A DNA stretch of 64,000 bases, taken from contig CP070695.1 in NCBI GenBank assembly GCA_020353515.1, forward strand, positions 2,486,966-2,550,965, read 5' to 3'. The notes below the pieces were generated by a model that saw only the letters and a list, made by a program, of their open reading frames with translations, was not told where the DNA came from and did no database searches. The translations under genes were made by a program, and so were the position numbers. Positions 1 to 9,544 of the stretch are shown here, one piece after another. Origin of the DNA: Candidatus Heimdallarchaeota archaeon. GTDB taxonomy: Archaea; Asgardarchaeota; Heimdallarchaeia; Hodarchaeales; Hodarchaeaceae. The stretch's first letter is position 1. Every line of letters starts with the position of its first letter.

Positions 1-2171
1 TTCCTAACAATTGAAAGACCGAGACCCACGCTATCTTGAGTTGAAAAACCGTAATCAAAAATCAATTTCTGGATTTCAGGAGGAATTGGTTCACCATCGT
101 TTGTAACAAGGATTATTAAATGCGTTTCCGTACTCGTTGTTTTGATCGTGATCGTCTGTGGTTTTCCATGAATGATAGCATTTTCAAGGAGGTTTGTAAA
201 GACTTGGGATAGTTTTCCTTGATCACACAAAACTGTTGGTAGTTGATCATGAGTGAAAGAAACTGTTTTCGGGATAACGGTAGATGCCACTCTTTCAATA
301 AGAAGATTGAGGTCAACATCAGCATCTTTTTCTACAGCTAATCCTGCATCAGCTAACATAAGAGACCGCTTCAATAATTCCTTCATATATTCTATCTGCT
401 TACTGATAATGTGACTTTCATTATATTCATAGTCAAGTAGTTGGGTGTATCCTTCAATAGATGTAAGACAATTGTTTAAATCATGAGCAATAAAATGTGC
501 AAACTCGCTTAATTCTTCTTTCTGCCTTATGAGCTTCTCTTCTGCTTTTTTTCTCTCAGTGATGTCGCGTAATACACCTAGAAAATTAGTTGGATTTCCT
601 TCACTATCAGATATCACTGCAACACTCAAATCAGCAGGATAAGTACTCCCATCTTTTCTAATCATGGAATATTCGATATTTCTGATACTCCCTCTTTCTA
701 AAAGTGTGCTAATATTATTTACCGCACGATCCTGGTCTTCAGGAATAATAAAATCAAAGGCATTTCTTCCGATTAAGTCTGCTTCCCTTGCACCGTAAAG
801 TTTAACTGCCTGTTCATTCACCATGAGGATTTTTGACTCGGTATCAGAAAGAATTATTGCATCAGGAGAAAGCTCAATAAGTCTACGATAACGTTCTTCA
901 CTTCTTACAAGCTCATCATGTGTTCTTTTTTGATGTGTAATGTCAGTAACAATTCCTAAAATCGCCCTCTCCCCTTCATAGTCGATATTTTTTGTAGTGA
1001 GAATGCCATGAATTCGTTTTCCATTTTTTGTTAGTAAATCATATTCTACTGGTTCAACTTCTTCTCCTTTCATATGTTTCCGAAAGTTGGCTAAGATTTT
1101 TTCTTTGTGTTCTGGTGCAATTAGGGAGAGGAAGTCGAAATCGGGGGAATAGAATTCATCACACGTATATCCCAAGCTTTCCTCACTTTTTTTATTTGTA
1201 TAGACAACACTCCCTTTCTTGTTGATGAAAATCATGTTTGGTGATTTCTCAGCTAGAGTCCTAAATTTTGCTTCAGATTCTTTTAAGGTTTTTTCTACTT
1301 GTTTTACCTTCGTAATATCAATTACTGACACAATGACTTTTGCTAAAGATTCCTCGTACCCAGAGACTACAGATAATCTGACAATTAGATCCATTTTCTC
1401 TCCTGTAAGCTTGTACCCTGGGAACTCCCCTTGATAACCAGTTTTTCCATTAAAAAGTGCAACAAGTTCCTCCTTGAATAATTTTGTTGCCTCTTCATTG
1501 AAAAAAGCAGTTAAACCTTCAAAAAATTCAGAGATACTCTTTGCCTCGTATAATATTAATGTAGTGTTATTGACATCAATAATCTCAACCATCTGAGCAA
1601 GATTTTCTATTTCCTCAGGATTGGAATCTAGGTATTGTTGTAAATCTTGAACACCTTGAGCTCTTAGCTGATCAAAATGACGTTTAACAACAGAGAAATC
1701 TTCTTCCCACAAACTGATCGGTGATTCATCAAAGATAATTCGATAGCGTTCCTCACTCTCAATTAACGCTTTTTCCATGCGCTTATGATGAACAACTTGC
1801 CTAATAACGTGACGAAGCTCACCAAATTGACTTTCAGCATCCCAACTTTTTTCTATGTAATAATTTGCCCCGAGATTTAAAGCATTGATTGCGACCTCTT
1901 CGCGGCCTCTACCAGTGAAAATAATGACTGGAAGGTCAATCTTCTTATCCCTCAATTTACTCAAAAGCTCTAAGCCGTCCATACCAGGCATTTGATAGTC
2001 GGTAACAATAACATCAAAATCATTCCCCTTTAACTCTTCAAAAACCTGCAAGGGGTTGGATAAGGAATGGAAGTTTATCTCTCCTCCTCCTATAACATTC
2101 ATAAACTTTTGTGTTATTTGTAGAAAACTTGGTTCATCGTCAACATGAAGTACATGAATTACTTCTTCCAT
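1..2171 (-). CDS. Hybrid sensor histidine kinase: REC + multiple PAS + HisKA/HATPase (3' end runs off the window)
   Basis: Not in the ORF track; translated by hand from ATG at 2171. REC motifs MEEVIHVLHVDDEP...DVIVTDYQMPGMDG...IIFTGRGREEVAINALNLGA, then PAS repeats, an H-box FAHFIAHDLNN, and TNDGEPIP...FDYGFSTQDSVGLGLSIVR in the same frame at the window edge. Confidence 0.9.
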   Translation of the reverse strand, partial: MEEVIHVLHVDDEPSFLQITQKFMNVIGGGEINFHSLSNPLQVFEELKGNDFDVIVTDYQMPGMDGLELLSKLRDKKIDLPVIIFTGRGREEVAINALNLGANYYIEKSWDAESQFGELRHVIRQVVHHKRMEKALIESEERYRIIFDESPISLWEEDFSVVKRHFDQLRAQGVQDLQQYLDSNPEEIENLAQMVEIIDVNNTTLILYEAKSISEFFEGLTAFFNEEATKLFKEELVALFNGKTGYQGEFPGYKLTGEKMDLIVRLSVVSGYEESLAKVIVSVIDITKVKQVEKTLKESEAKFRTLAEKSPNMIFINKKGSVVYTNKKSEESLGYTCDEFYSPDFDFLSLIAPEHKEKILANFRKHMKGEEVEPVEYDLLTKNGKRIHGILTTKNIDYEGERAILGIVTDITHQKRTHDELVRSEERYRRLIELSPDAIILSDTESKILMVNEQAVKLYGAREADLIGRNAFDFIIPEDQDRAVNNISTLLERGSIRNIEYSMIRKDGSTYPADLSVAVISDSEGNPTNFLGVLRDITERKKAEEKLIRQKEELSEFAHFIAHDLNNCLTSIEGYTQLLDYEYNESHIISKQIEYMKELLKRSLMLADAGLAVEKDADVDLNLLIERVASTVIPKTVSFTHDQLPTVLCDQGKLSQVFTNLLENAIIHGKPQTITIKTTSTETHLIILVTNDGEPIPPEIQKLIFDYGFSTQDSVGLGLSIVR

Positions 2172-2403
2172 AAGATAATCCTCTATGTCTATAATTTGAT
2201 ATTTGAACCTTTTATACTAATTCATGAACAGACATCAAGTGAATAAACTTTATTTTCTCCCTTAAAAATATAGGCTAAACAGGTATAATTCCACCAGATG
2301 AAAACTTATCTGACTATTAAAAGTATCCTTCCCCAGTTCAAGCAGAAAGTTAAGTTTCATAAAGATTAATCCGTTTCATCATTTAATCGAGAAGGAGATA
2401 GTC

Positions 2404-3441
2404 TTGGCCTCTAAATATCGTGATACTGTTGTTTTATTCACTTGGGAAGTTAATGAACGTCTTAAGAACTACTTGAAAGATAACCTAAAGGATACAGCAA
2501 ACCTCACTTTACTATTTCCTGAAGAGGCGTCTAATGAAGTTCTATTGAAATTCGCCCCAAGAGCTGATATACTAGTTGGATGGAGAGTGCCAGATGAAGT
2601 AAAACTAGCTGCTTCAAAGATGAAACTCTATATTAATCCTGGTGTGGGCATTAAACATCACATTGACTTCTTTAGAAAGCTTAATCAAACACGTGAAGTT
2701 TTACTCATAAATGGTCATGGAAATAGCTATTTTACCGCCCAACACGTTGTTGCAATGCTTCTAGCATTGATGAATAAGATCGTTCCTCACCATAACTGGA
2801 TGAAATCAGGATTATGGAGGAAGAGAGACGCCGATGCTGCCACCATTCCCTTAAGATATCGAAAAGTCGGTTTATTGGGATATGGAGCCATCAATACGAA
2901 GGTTCATAGATTTTTACAGGGTTTTGATGTTAAATTTTCCATTTTACGTCCTAATTGGCCTAAAAACGAACAGATATTACCAACAGACGCAAAAAAATTT
3001 CTCCCTGATGATCTGTTAGACTTTCTAGAAGAAATTAGCATTTTAATAATTGCTGTCCCTGAAACAACTCAAACTATGGGGATGATTGGAGAGAAGGAAT
3101 TAACACGCTTGGGCCCTAAAGGATTATTGGTCAATGTTAGCCGAGGTTCTGTTATTGATGAAGCAAGTTTATTTCAGGCTTTACAAAACAATGTGATTGC
3201 AGGAGCAGCAATCGATGTGTGGTACAATTACACTCCTGATCCTGATGATCAGGGAAGAAAATTTCCATATTCTCATTCATTTCCTTTTCATACATTGGAT
3301 AATGTTATCCTATCTCCACATCGAGCTGCATCGCCATTTGAGGATTTAGAGCGATGGGATGAAGTAATTGAAAATATTTTGAGATACAATCGTGGTGAAA
3401 ACACGTTTCTCAATGTTGTTGACCTAGTACGTGAGTACTGA
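2404..3441 (+). CDS. D-isomer-specific 2-hydroxyacid dehydrogenase family protein
   Basis: GLLGYGAI Rossmann motif, NVSRGSVIDE, AAIDVW, NVILSPHRA; GGAG upstream of the TTG start. Confidence 0.9.
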   Translation: MASKYRDTVVLFTWEVNERLKNYLKDNLKDTANLTLLFPEEASNEVLLKFAPRADILVGWRVPDEVKLAASKMKLYINPGVGIKHHIDFFRKLNQTREVLLINGHGNSYFTAQHVVAMLLALMNKIVPHHNWMKSGLWRKRDADAATIPLRYRKVGLLGYGAINTKVHRFLQGFDVKFSILRPNWPKNEQILPTDAKKFLPDDLLDFLEEISILIIAVPETTQTMGMIGEKELTRLGPKGLLVNVSRGSVIDEASLFQALQNNVIAGAAIDVWYNYTPDPDDQGRKFPYSHSFPFHTLDNVILSPHRAASPFEDLERWDEVIENILRYNRGENTFLNVVDLVREY

Positions 3442-3516
3442 AAGTTAAACTGAGACATAATCTCATTTTAGAGGAATTGTAAAATATTATTAAGTATCTG
3501 CGAGACACTAAGAAGA

Positions 3517-4116
3517 ATGGTGCATGAATTGTCTTTTGAGATGAGGGCGTTCGAGGAATTGATGACGAATCCTACTAGGACTGCAATTTGGTCTGAAATC
3601 TTTCGAAAACCAGGAATTACTGCTAAAGAGCTCATCCAAACTCTTAATTTCAAGAAAACCAAAATGTATTACAATCTTAAAGAGATGTTAAACTCTGGGT
3701 TGATTGAAGCCGAAGTAATTACTGTGAAACAATCTTTGAACCTGAAAAAATATCGTATTAGCAAAGAATTCGAGAAAGTACTAAAAAATCCACAAGTACT
3801 CATAGAAAAGCCTAGGGAATCAAAATTATTTACTCTGTTTACTATTTTAGCCTTATTAAAGATAGAAATCAGGAAAACCCTGAATTCAACCAATGATGAA
3901 ATATTGGAATGTATATTGAAAACTAGAAAGATAAAACAGCTTCCAAGGGGAATAGGAGTTTTATTTTATTCAATGGACAGAGAACAAGAGTTGTTAAAGG
4001 ATTTCAGTGATTTTCTCGAGACAAAGCTTAGAAAACGACTTAAAAATTCTATTGACTCTGGAACATATGAGAAAACTTATGGGGGATTCTTTTTTGGTTT
4101 TACCGCTCCTGAATAG
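3517..4116 (+). CDS. ArsR-like winged-helix transcriptional regulator
   Basis: N-terminal NPTRTAIW...PGITAKELIQTL...YYNLKEMLNSGLIE wHTH pattern. Confidence 0.7.
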   Translation: MVHELSFEMRAFEELMTNPTRTAIWSEIFRKPGITAKELIQTLNFKKTKMYYNLKEMLNSGLIEAEVITVKQSLNLKKYRISKEFEKVLKNPQVLIEKPRESKLFTLFTILALLKIEIRKTLNSTNDEILECILKTRKIKQLPRGIGVLFYSMDREQELLKDFSDFLETKLRKRLKNSIDSGTYEKTYGGFFFGFTAPE

Positions 4117-4237
4117 AATTTATTAACATATTTTGAGTTTTAAAACCTTTAAATGTTGTTTTAAGGAGAAATTTCGATTCATATTAATTTTTTGCAGGAA
4201 AAATAATCCTTTTTAAGGACGGGAACGTTCCGAAAAA

Positions 4238-4666
4238 ATGGAGCATAAAAAGGAGACTCAAACCTTGTCAGAGAACATAAACAATATTCAGGTAACTCTA
4301 TATGTGAGGAAAATATCAAGGCCAGTGGTAATAGAAAGAGGATGTAAAAAAGGAGATTGTCATTCACTTGTGGTTAATGAAAGAATTTCAGCGGCAACAA
4401 TCAATCTAGAGAACAATTTTTATTCTACTGAAACACAAAAAGTCATTATAAATACAAGGAATCATTGTAAAAAACATGATATTCCCTTAGAAATCAAAGA
4501 TATTACAGGAATTGTAAAAGGAATAAGATTTCTATTGACAAAAAGAATTCTGCGGACACCAGTATTAGAAATAAAGCTTAAAAAGGAAAAATTTAAGCTC
4601 AATCCATCTTATCCTCTTGACTCAAGTAGTTTTACCAAATTTCTGAAGAAAGTGATTGCTACTTAA
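4238..4666 (+). CDS. Hypothetical protein (possible thioredoxin-like fold)
   Basis: 142 aa ORF; LEIKDIT...RTPVLEI resembles the glutaredoxin cis-Pro region, but there is no CxxC. The fold call is weak. Confidence 0.45.
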   Translation: MEHKKETQTLSENINNIQVTLYVRKISRPVVIERGCKKGDCHSLVVNERISAATINLENNFYSTETQKVIINTRNHCKKHDIPLEIKDITGIVKGIRFLLTKRILRTPVLEIKLKKEKFKLNPSYPLDSSSFTKFLKKVIAT

Positions 4667-4708
4667 TTGCTGGCTCGAAAAATGCGACTGAAAGATCTCT
4701 CTTAAGTT

Positions 4709-5266
4709 TTATATTTTGTTATAAAGTCTTAATCCCAATTTCTGGAATGCCTCATCAACATTTTCACCTGTTTTTGCAGAGGTTTCAAGATAGAATACAT
4801 CATCACTAATATTACCAAAATTAGCTATTAGCTCCCCTGAAATATACTTTCTCGCTTCTTCACTCTTCACCCTATCCTTTACTTCGTCTTGTAAATCCAA
4901 TTTATTACCAATAACAATTATTGAAATATCTGTTGAACCAGAATACTTATTGAGTTTATTCATCCACTTATCTAGACTAAATAAAGTATCTGGTCTGGTA
5001 ATATCATAAACTAGGAATGCTCCTACAGTACTTTTAAAATAGAGTTTCCTCACCTGATTATAATTTGGTTGGCCAGCTAGATCCCAAATTTGGAATTTTA
5101 TCTTTTTGGATTTAGATCCATACAATGTGATTTGTTTTGAGACGATATCTGTACCAATAGTTGGGATATAATCAGTCTGGAAACCTCGTCCCAAATATCT
5201 ATCTCTTAATGTTGTTTTTCCCACCCCCCCATCTCCACATAAGGATACTTTTACCTGCAATACCAT
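4709..5266 (-). CDS. Rab/Ras-like small GTPase
   Basis: G1 GDGGVGKT, G2 PTIG, G3 WDLAGQ, G4 NKLD, G5 ETSAK; also KFQIW and LVYDIT. Confidence 0.95.
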   Translation of the reverse strand: MVLQVKVSLCGDGGVGKTTLRDRYLGRGFQTDYIPTIGTDIVSKQITLYGSKSKKIKFQIWDLAGQPNYNQVRKLYFKSTVGAFLVYDITRPDTLFSLDKWMNKLNKYSGSTDISIIVIGNKLDLQDEVKDRVKSEEARKYISGELIANFGNISDDVFYLETSAKTGENVDEAFQKLGLRLYNKI

Positions 5267-5464
5267 TCAGTAAAACTCCATGTATTTCTTTTCACCGAGA
5301 AGTACTTCAGTAAGTATGGAATCGTTAAGACTTGGAAATTTTTCTTGAACTTTCTCACTTATGACTTGAACGTTTTCGAATCTCTTTTTCCCTTGCTTTC
5401 TTATCACCAACCGCGTAGATGTGAGCTTCTTCATTCCCGCTTCAAGTTTAAAAAGTTCATACAA
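5267..5464 (-). CDS. Small hypothetical protein abutting the GTPase
   Basis: 65 aa; its TGA lies directly before the GTPase ATG (no gap). No recognisable motif. Confidence 0.4.
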   Translation of the reverse strand: MYELFKLEAGMKKLTSTRLVIRKQGKKRFENVQVISEKVQEKFPSLNDSILTEVLLGEKKYMEFY

Positions 5465-5553
5465 TTGTCATTTTCATTGAATATTAAGTTTATAAACAAA
5501 GTGGAGCTAAACTTTCTAAGAAAAACCATTCTTGAATAAGAATAAGATGACCG

Positions 5554-5638
5554 TGGAATTCTAGCGACAAGAATGTTGAAGTTCTAGATTCTGAACCCTT
5601 CTACGAACTAATATCTTAATTTCTCGATAAAATTGACT
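5554..5638 (+). repeat. ~85 bp direct repeat, copy 1
   Basis: Shares an exact 34 bp core aagttctagattctgaacccttctacgaactaat (5579-5612) with 12020-12053; the flanks are also similar. Confidence 0.9.
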
Positions 5639-5832
5639 ATTTTGATCAACTTTTGGTATCTTTATCAGTCGAAATTTTTAGTAATGTGTTTAACTTCCTA
5701 TTTCACCCTCACTTGAAATATTATGAGGTTGATCCACATTTTCAACAAAATAAATATTTGGCTTAGAATGCTCAAGATTACCTTTATAAATGATTTTCTT
5801 CCTTTTTATAATTTAACAAATGGCTGATAAAA

Positions 5833-8034
5833 ATGGCCTATCAAGACAATTCTAATTTGCTTGACCTTTTAGAAAGGGATGATATTCCTAAAGATGCAAA
5901 AAATATAATTAATAATAGTCTCTTAGAGATTAAACAACAGTCTAAAAAGCTTCAAGAAGATGAGGCAAAATATCGAAGTTTATTTAATGGATCACCGATT
6001 GCACAGTTGGAATCTGATCTTTCTGATATTATTAGCTACTTGGATCAACTAAAAATTCGAAATTTATCCGATTTTGAGAGATTTATAGAATTTAATCCCA
6101 ATGAAATGGTAAAAATTGGAAAAAAACTCAAAATAATTAGAATGAACGAAGCAGGTTTAAAACTTTTCCAAATAAATACTAAAGATGAGTGGTCACTTGA
6201 AAAAGCAGGATTACCTGAAAAAGGACATCCTCATTTTAAACATATATTGAAAACGGTCTTGTATAGTGATATAGAGAAATCATTTTATTTGGAGGCAGAG
6301 AAAAACGAACTTTATTTACATTCAATACCTAAGCGAGAAGGAATTTATCTTATTACTAAAATTTCTTTCATTCCTCCTCATAAATTGATTACCATTTTTA
6401 TTGACGTAACTCCTCTTAAGGAAGCAGAAGAAAGAATTAGAGAAAGTGAACAGAAATTTCGGCGATTGTTTGAAGATACCCCTTTTCCTTTAATGGAGTT
6501 TGACTTTTCTAAACTAAAAAGTGAACTAAACCAATTAAAAGTCAAAAAAATACAAAACACTAATTTGGAGGAATACCTGAATAGTCATCCCCAATTCATA
6601 TTAATTCTCGCGAATTTGGTCATTTTAAAACAGGCAAATGTAGCTGCATTAAAATTATTTGGAATAGAGGATATTTCACAGTGGTCTTTTTATGAAGTTG
6701 GGGGTACACGATTTCCATTCTTTTTAGAACTCTTAGAGAGTATTTCTGAAGGCCAGATAGACAGTGAGTTCAGAGGAATAGGGCAAAATGCTGAGGGAGA
6801 TCCTATCCATGTTTTAATAAAACTATTAGTAGTCCCAGGCTATCAGGAAACGTTTTCGAAGGTATTAATCTCTATAATCGATATTACAAAACTGGAAGAA
6901 GCAAAAGCAGTAATTAAACAAAGTGAACAAAAGATTCGTAGTATCATTGAACAATCTCGTGATGGAATCATTCTTCTTGATGAAGAAGGGAGAGTTATTG
7001 AATGGAATGCAGCAATAGTTCAATTAACAGAGATACCGACTGAAAAAGCCATCGGTAGATTTTTTTGGGATGTTTATAGACCCCTTTTACCAGGTCATCT
7101 CACGACTTCTCGAGCTATTAATTTAATTATTTCAAGAATCAGAGAAGTTTTAAAGGCAGGAAAAGCTTCGTGGATCACGCGACCAATAGACACGGAGCTA
7201 TTTGTGAATGGATCCTATAAATTTGTTCAATTTCACCTTTTTCCAATTAAAACGCAGAAGGGATTCATGCTTGGTGGTATTTGGAGGAATATTACCCCAC
7301 AAAAACAGCAAGAATCCAGGATGAAAGAAGAATTGCTCAAATTCAACATTGAAGATGGACAGATGTATCTCATTAAGGAAGCTGAAGCACTCCATTCACG
7401 AGAGGTATTCAAAGACCTTCTTAGGATTGGTTATTTCGGATTGGTAATATCGAGAACTCCCGAAAAAGAATACTATAGAATTCTAGAAGAAGAATTTAAA
7501 TTCATCTGGATGGCGGAGTCAGCTCTTGAACAGCAATATTCTTCGATACTTGAAAAGATCGAATCACAACTCGAAACATTACCCCCAAAGAGTGTAATTT
7601 TAATTGATCAACTGAATTTTTTACTAGCAAAATACGGGTTTGATAAAATCCTGCAGTGGATTTTTAAATTGAGAGAAATAGCCATTCTCTTAAGTGTTAC
7701 CATAATTATCTCTATAGACGAAGAAGTTGTTGCTATTGATCAACTTCGACAGCTAGAGAAAGAAACAAGAGAGATAGAGACTCGCGTTCTTGCTGACATT
7801 TCTCAAGCATTACTCGATATTTTAAGGTACGTATATCAAAGTAATAATTTGGGAAAACGTCCCTCAATAACTGATATTGTAAAAGGTTTAGGCATTAGCA
7901 GGCCAACAATTAGAAAGCGCATAAATCAATTAACTATAAAAAGATATTTGAGAGAAATGGAAATGGGAAGACGAAAAGGCCTTGAAATGACTCAAAAAGG
8001 ATTTAACTTATTCTCTAGCAAAGAATCAGAATAA
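5833..8034 (+). CDS. One-component regulator: 3x PAS + DUF835 + C-terminal winged HTH
   Basis: Three PAS units (KYRSLFNGSP, KFRRLFEDTP, KIRSIIEQSRDGIILLDEEGRVIEWN). DUF835-like region YLIKE...GLVISRTP...VILIDQLNFL. wHTH RPSITDIVKGLGISRPTIRKRINQL. Confidence 0.8.
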   Translation: MAYQDNSNLLDLLERDDIPKDAKNIINNSLLEIKQQSKKLQEDEAKYRSLFNGSPIAQLESDLSDIISYLDQLKIRNLSDFERFIEFNPNEMVKIGKKLKIIRMNEAGLKLFQINTKDEWSLEKAGLPEKGHPHFKHILKTVLYSDIEKSFYLEAEKNELYLHSIPKREGIYLITKISFIPPHKLITIFIDVTPLKEAEERIRESEQKFRRLFEDTPFPLMEFDFSKLKSELNQLKVKKIQNTNLEEYLNSHPQFILILANLVILKQANVAALKLFGIEDISQWSFYEVGGTRFPFFLELLESISEGQIDSEFRGIGQNAEGDPIHVLIKLLVVPGYQETFSKVLISIIDITKLEEAKAVIKQSEQKIRSIIEQSRDGIILLDEEGRVIEWNAAIVQLTEIPTEKAIGRFFWDVYRPLLPGHLTTSRAINLIISRIREVLKAGKASWITRPIDTELFVNGSYKFVQFHLFPIKTQKGFMLGGIWRNITPQKQQESRMKEELLKFNIEDGQMYLIKEAEALHSREVFKDLLRIGYFGLVISRTPEKEYYRILEEEFKFIWMAESALEQQYSSILEKIESQLETLPPKSVILIDQLNFLLAKYGFDKILQWIFKLREIAILLSVTIIISIDEEVVAIDQLRQLEKETREIETRVLADISQALLDILRYVYQSNNLGKRPSITDIVKGLGISRPTIRKRINQLTIKRYLREMEMGRRKGLEMTQKGFNLFSSKESE

Positions 8035-8214
8035 TCATTATTCAATATTATTTTTCGTATTTCAGCGAAAAATTAGATTTTTTTTTCTGAATAGATTTCT
8101 TGATTTTAATGAAATTTACTAGTTTTTTCTAATTTTCTTGCTATATTCTTATTTTATATTAAAGATCGTAGAATCATGAAGAATTGTTCATCGAAAATTC
8201 GGAGGAAATAAAAT

Positions 8215-9393
8215 ATGAAAAATAAAATGCAAAATCAATTCAAATCATTAGTGGAGAAAATATTCGACAATCCAAATTTTCTGAGAGCTGTTCCCCTTCT
8301 ATTGCTCCCTACAGTGATAGCAGGAGTAGCAAGCTTCTTACTAGTCACTATCTTGCCCAAGAGTCTTATGCAAACTAAAACACCTGAAGGAAGGGTTCTT
8401 GTCTTAATTCCTGTTATTTCTTTTCTAATTATAGTAGGTCTTAAGTTAGTGTACAAAGATAGTTTATCTTTTCGCATTTCATTCAATATAATGCTAATAA
8501 TTGCTACAGTAGCAGGGATAGTGGCCTATACTAACCTTTATGAAGGGACTATAGGTAGTTTAGTCATTCTGCTACCAGGAGCGGTAGTCTTTGTAGTGAT
8601 GATGATCACATATACCATTCGTTCCATCCAACAACCTCTAAGCATTATAATAGATGAGACAGATAGAATTGCGAAAGGAAATTTAGCCTTTGAACGAAAA
8701 GGATTGATTGTTCATGGAAGTGAATTCGGGGAGTATGAACAAAGTTTTAGGATAATGATTGAGAACATTTCTGGAATTCTTTCACAGGCTCAAGAAGCAG
8801 CAGAACACGTTACTTCATCTGCACAAGAACTTGTCTCAACATCAGAAGAAGTCAATGCTTTATCAGAAGAAATCACTGCTACAATCCAACAAATTAGTCG
8901 GGGAGCCTCGAACCAGACCGAATTGGCTGAAAAAAGTTTTGGTGATGTCAATAAGATGTCTGAAATTGTTGATTTGACACTTCGAGATATTGAAAACACC
9001 TTACAGGTCATTGAAGATATCGCAGATCAGACTAATATATTAGCATTGAACGCAGCTATCGAAGCAGCTCGGGCTGGGGAATACGGTCGGGGTTTTGCGG
9101 TAGTTTCTGATAATGTACGTCGTTTAGCAGAAGAAACAAAGAGTAACGCTAGTGATATAAGTGAATTAACAAATAAAATTGTAACAAATATTGGGGGTAG
9201 TGTTATTAAGATTCAGGAGTCGTTACAAGGATTCACAGCTCAATCAGAAGAGTTTAGCGCATCCAGTGAGGAAGTAGCAGCTGCTACCGAGGAACAATCA
9301 GCTGGTATGCATCAATTAACCATTGCAGGCCAAGATCTCGCTAGCATGAGCGAAAAACTATCAAAACAAGTTTCTCTGTTTAAAATAGTCTGA
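8215..9393 (+). CDS. Methyl-accepting chemotaxis protein (4 TM, HAMP, short signalling domain)
   Basis: Hairpin-tip signature [29 protein letters not shown]; HAMP QQPL...IAKGNL; GGAGG SD. Confidence 0.95.
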   Translation: MKNKMQNQFKSLVEKIFDNPNFLRAVPLLLLPTVIAGVASFLLVTILPKSLMQTKTPEGRVLVLIPVISFLIIVGLKLVYKDSLSFRISFNIMLIIATVAGIVAYTNLYEGTIGSLVILLPGAVVFVVMMITYTIRSIQQPLSIIIDETDRIAKGNLAFERKGLIVHGSEFGEYEQSFRIMIENISGILSQAQEAAEHVTSSAQELVSTSEEVNALSEEITATIQQISRGASNQTELAEKSFGDVNKMSEIVDLTLRDIENTLQVIEDIADQTNILALNAAIEAARAGEYGRGFAVVSDNVRRLAEETKSNASDISELTNKIVTNIGGSVIKIQESLQGFTAQSEEFSASSEEVAAATEEQSAGMHQLTIAGQDLASMSEKLSKQVSLFKIV

Positions 9394-9544
9394 ATGAATA
9401 TCTAGAAAGTCGTGAGAGAATGAAAACAAAGGAAAAAGCCTAAATGCGACCAAAATCAAGTATTAACCTAATCAAGGATCAACAAAAATTAAATGTGTAC
9501 TATTTATTGGTTGAAAGAGCGAATGACGGTAGGTAGATGATTAT

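Noticed and set aside
116-1434. Short track ORFs 116-325, 1028-1225, 1219-1434
   Set aside because: Shadows of the long minus-strand kinase gene at 1-2171.
5833-8034. PAS domains as LOV photosensors
   Set aside because: No NCRFLQ-like motif in any PAS domain I could read.
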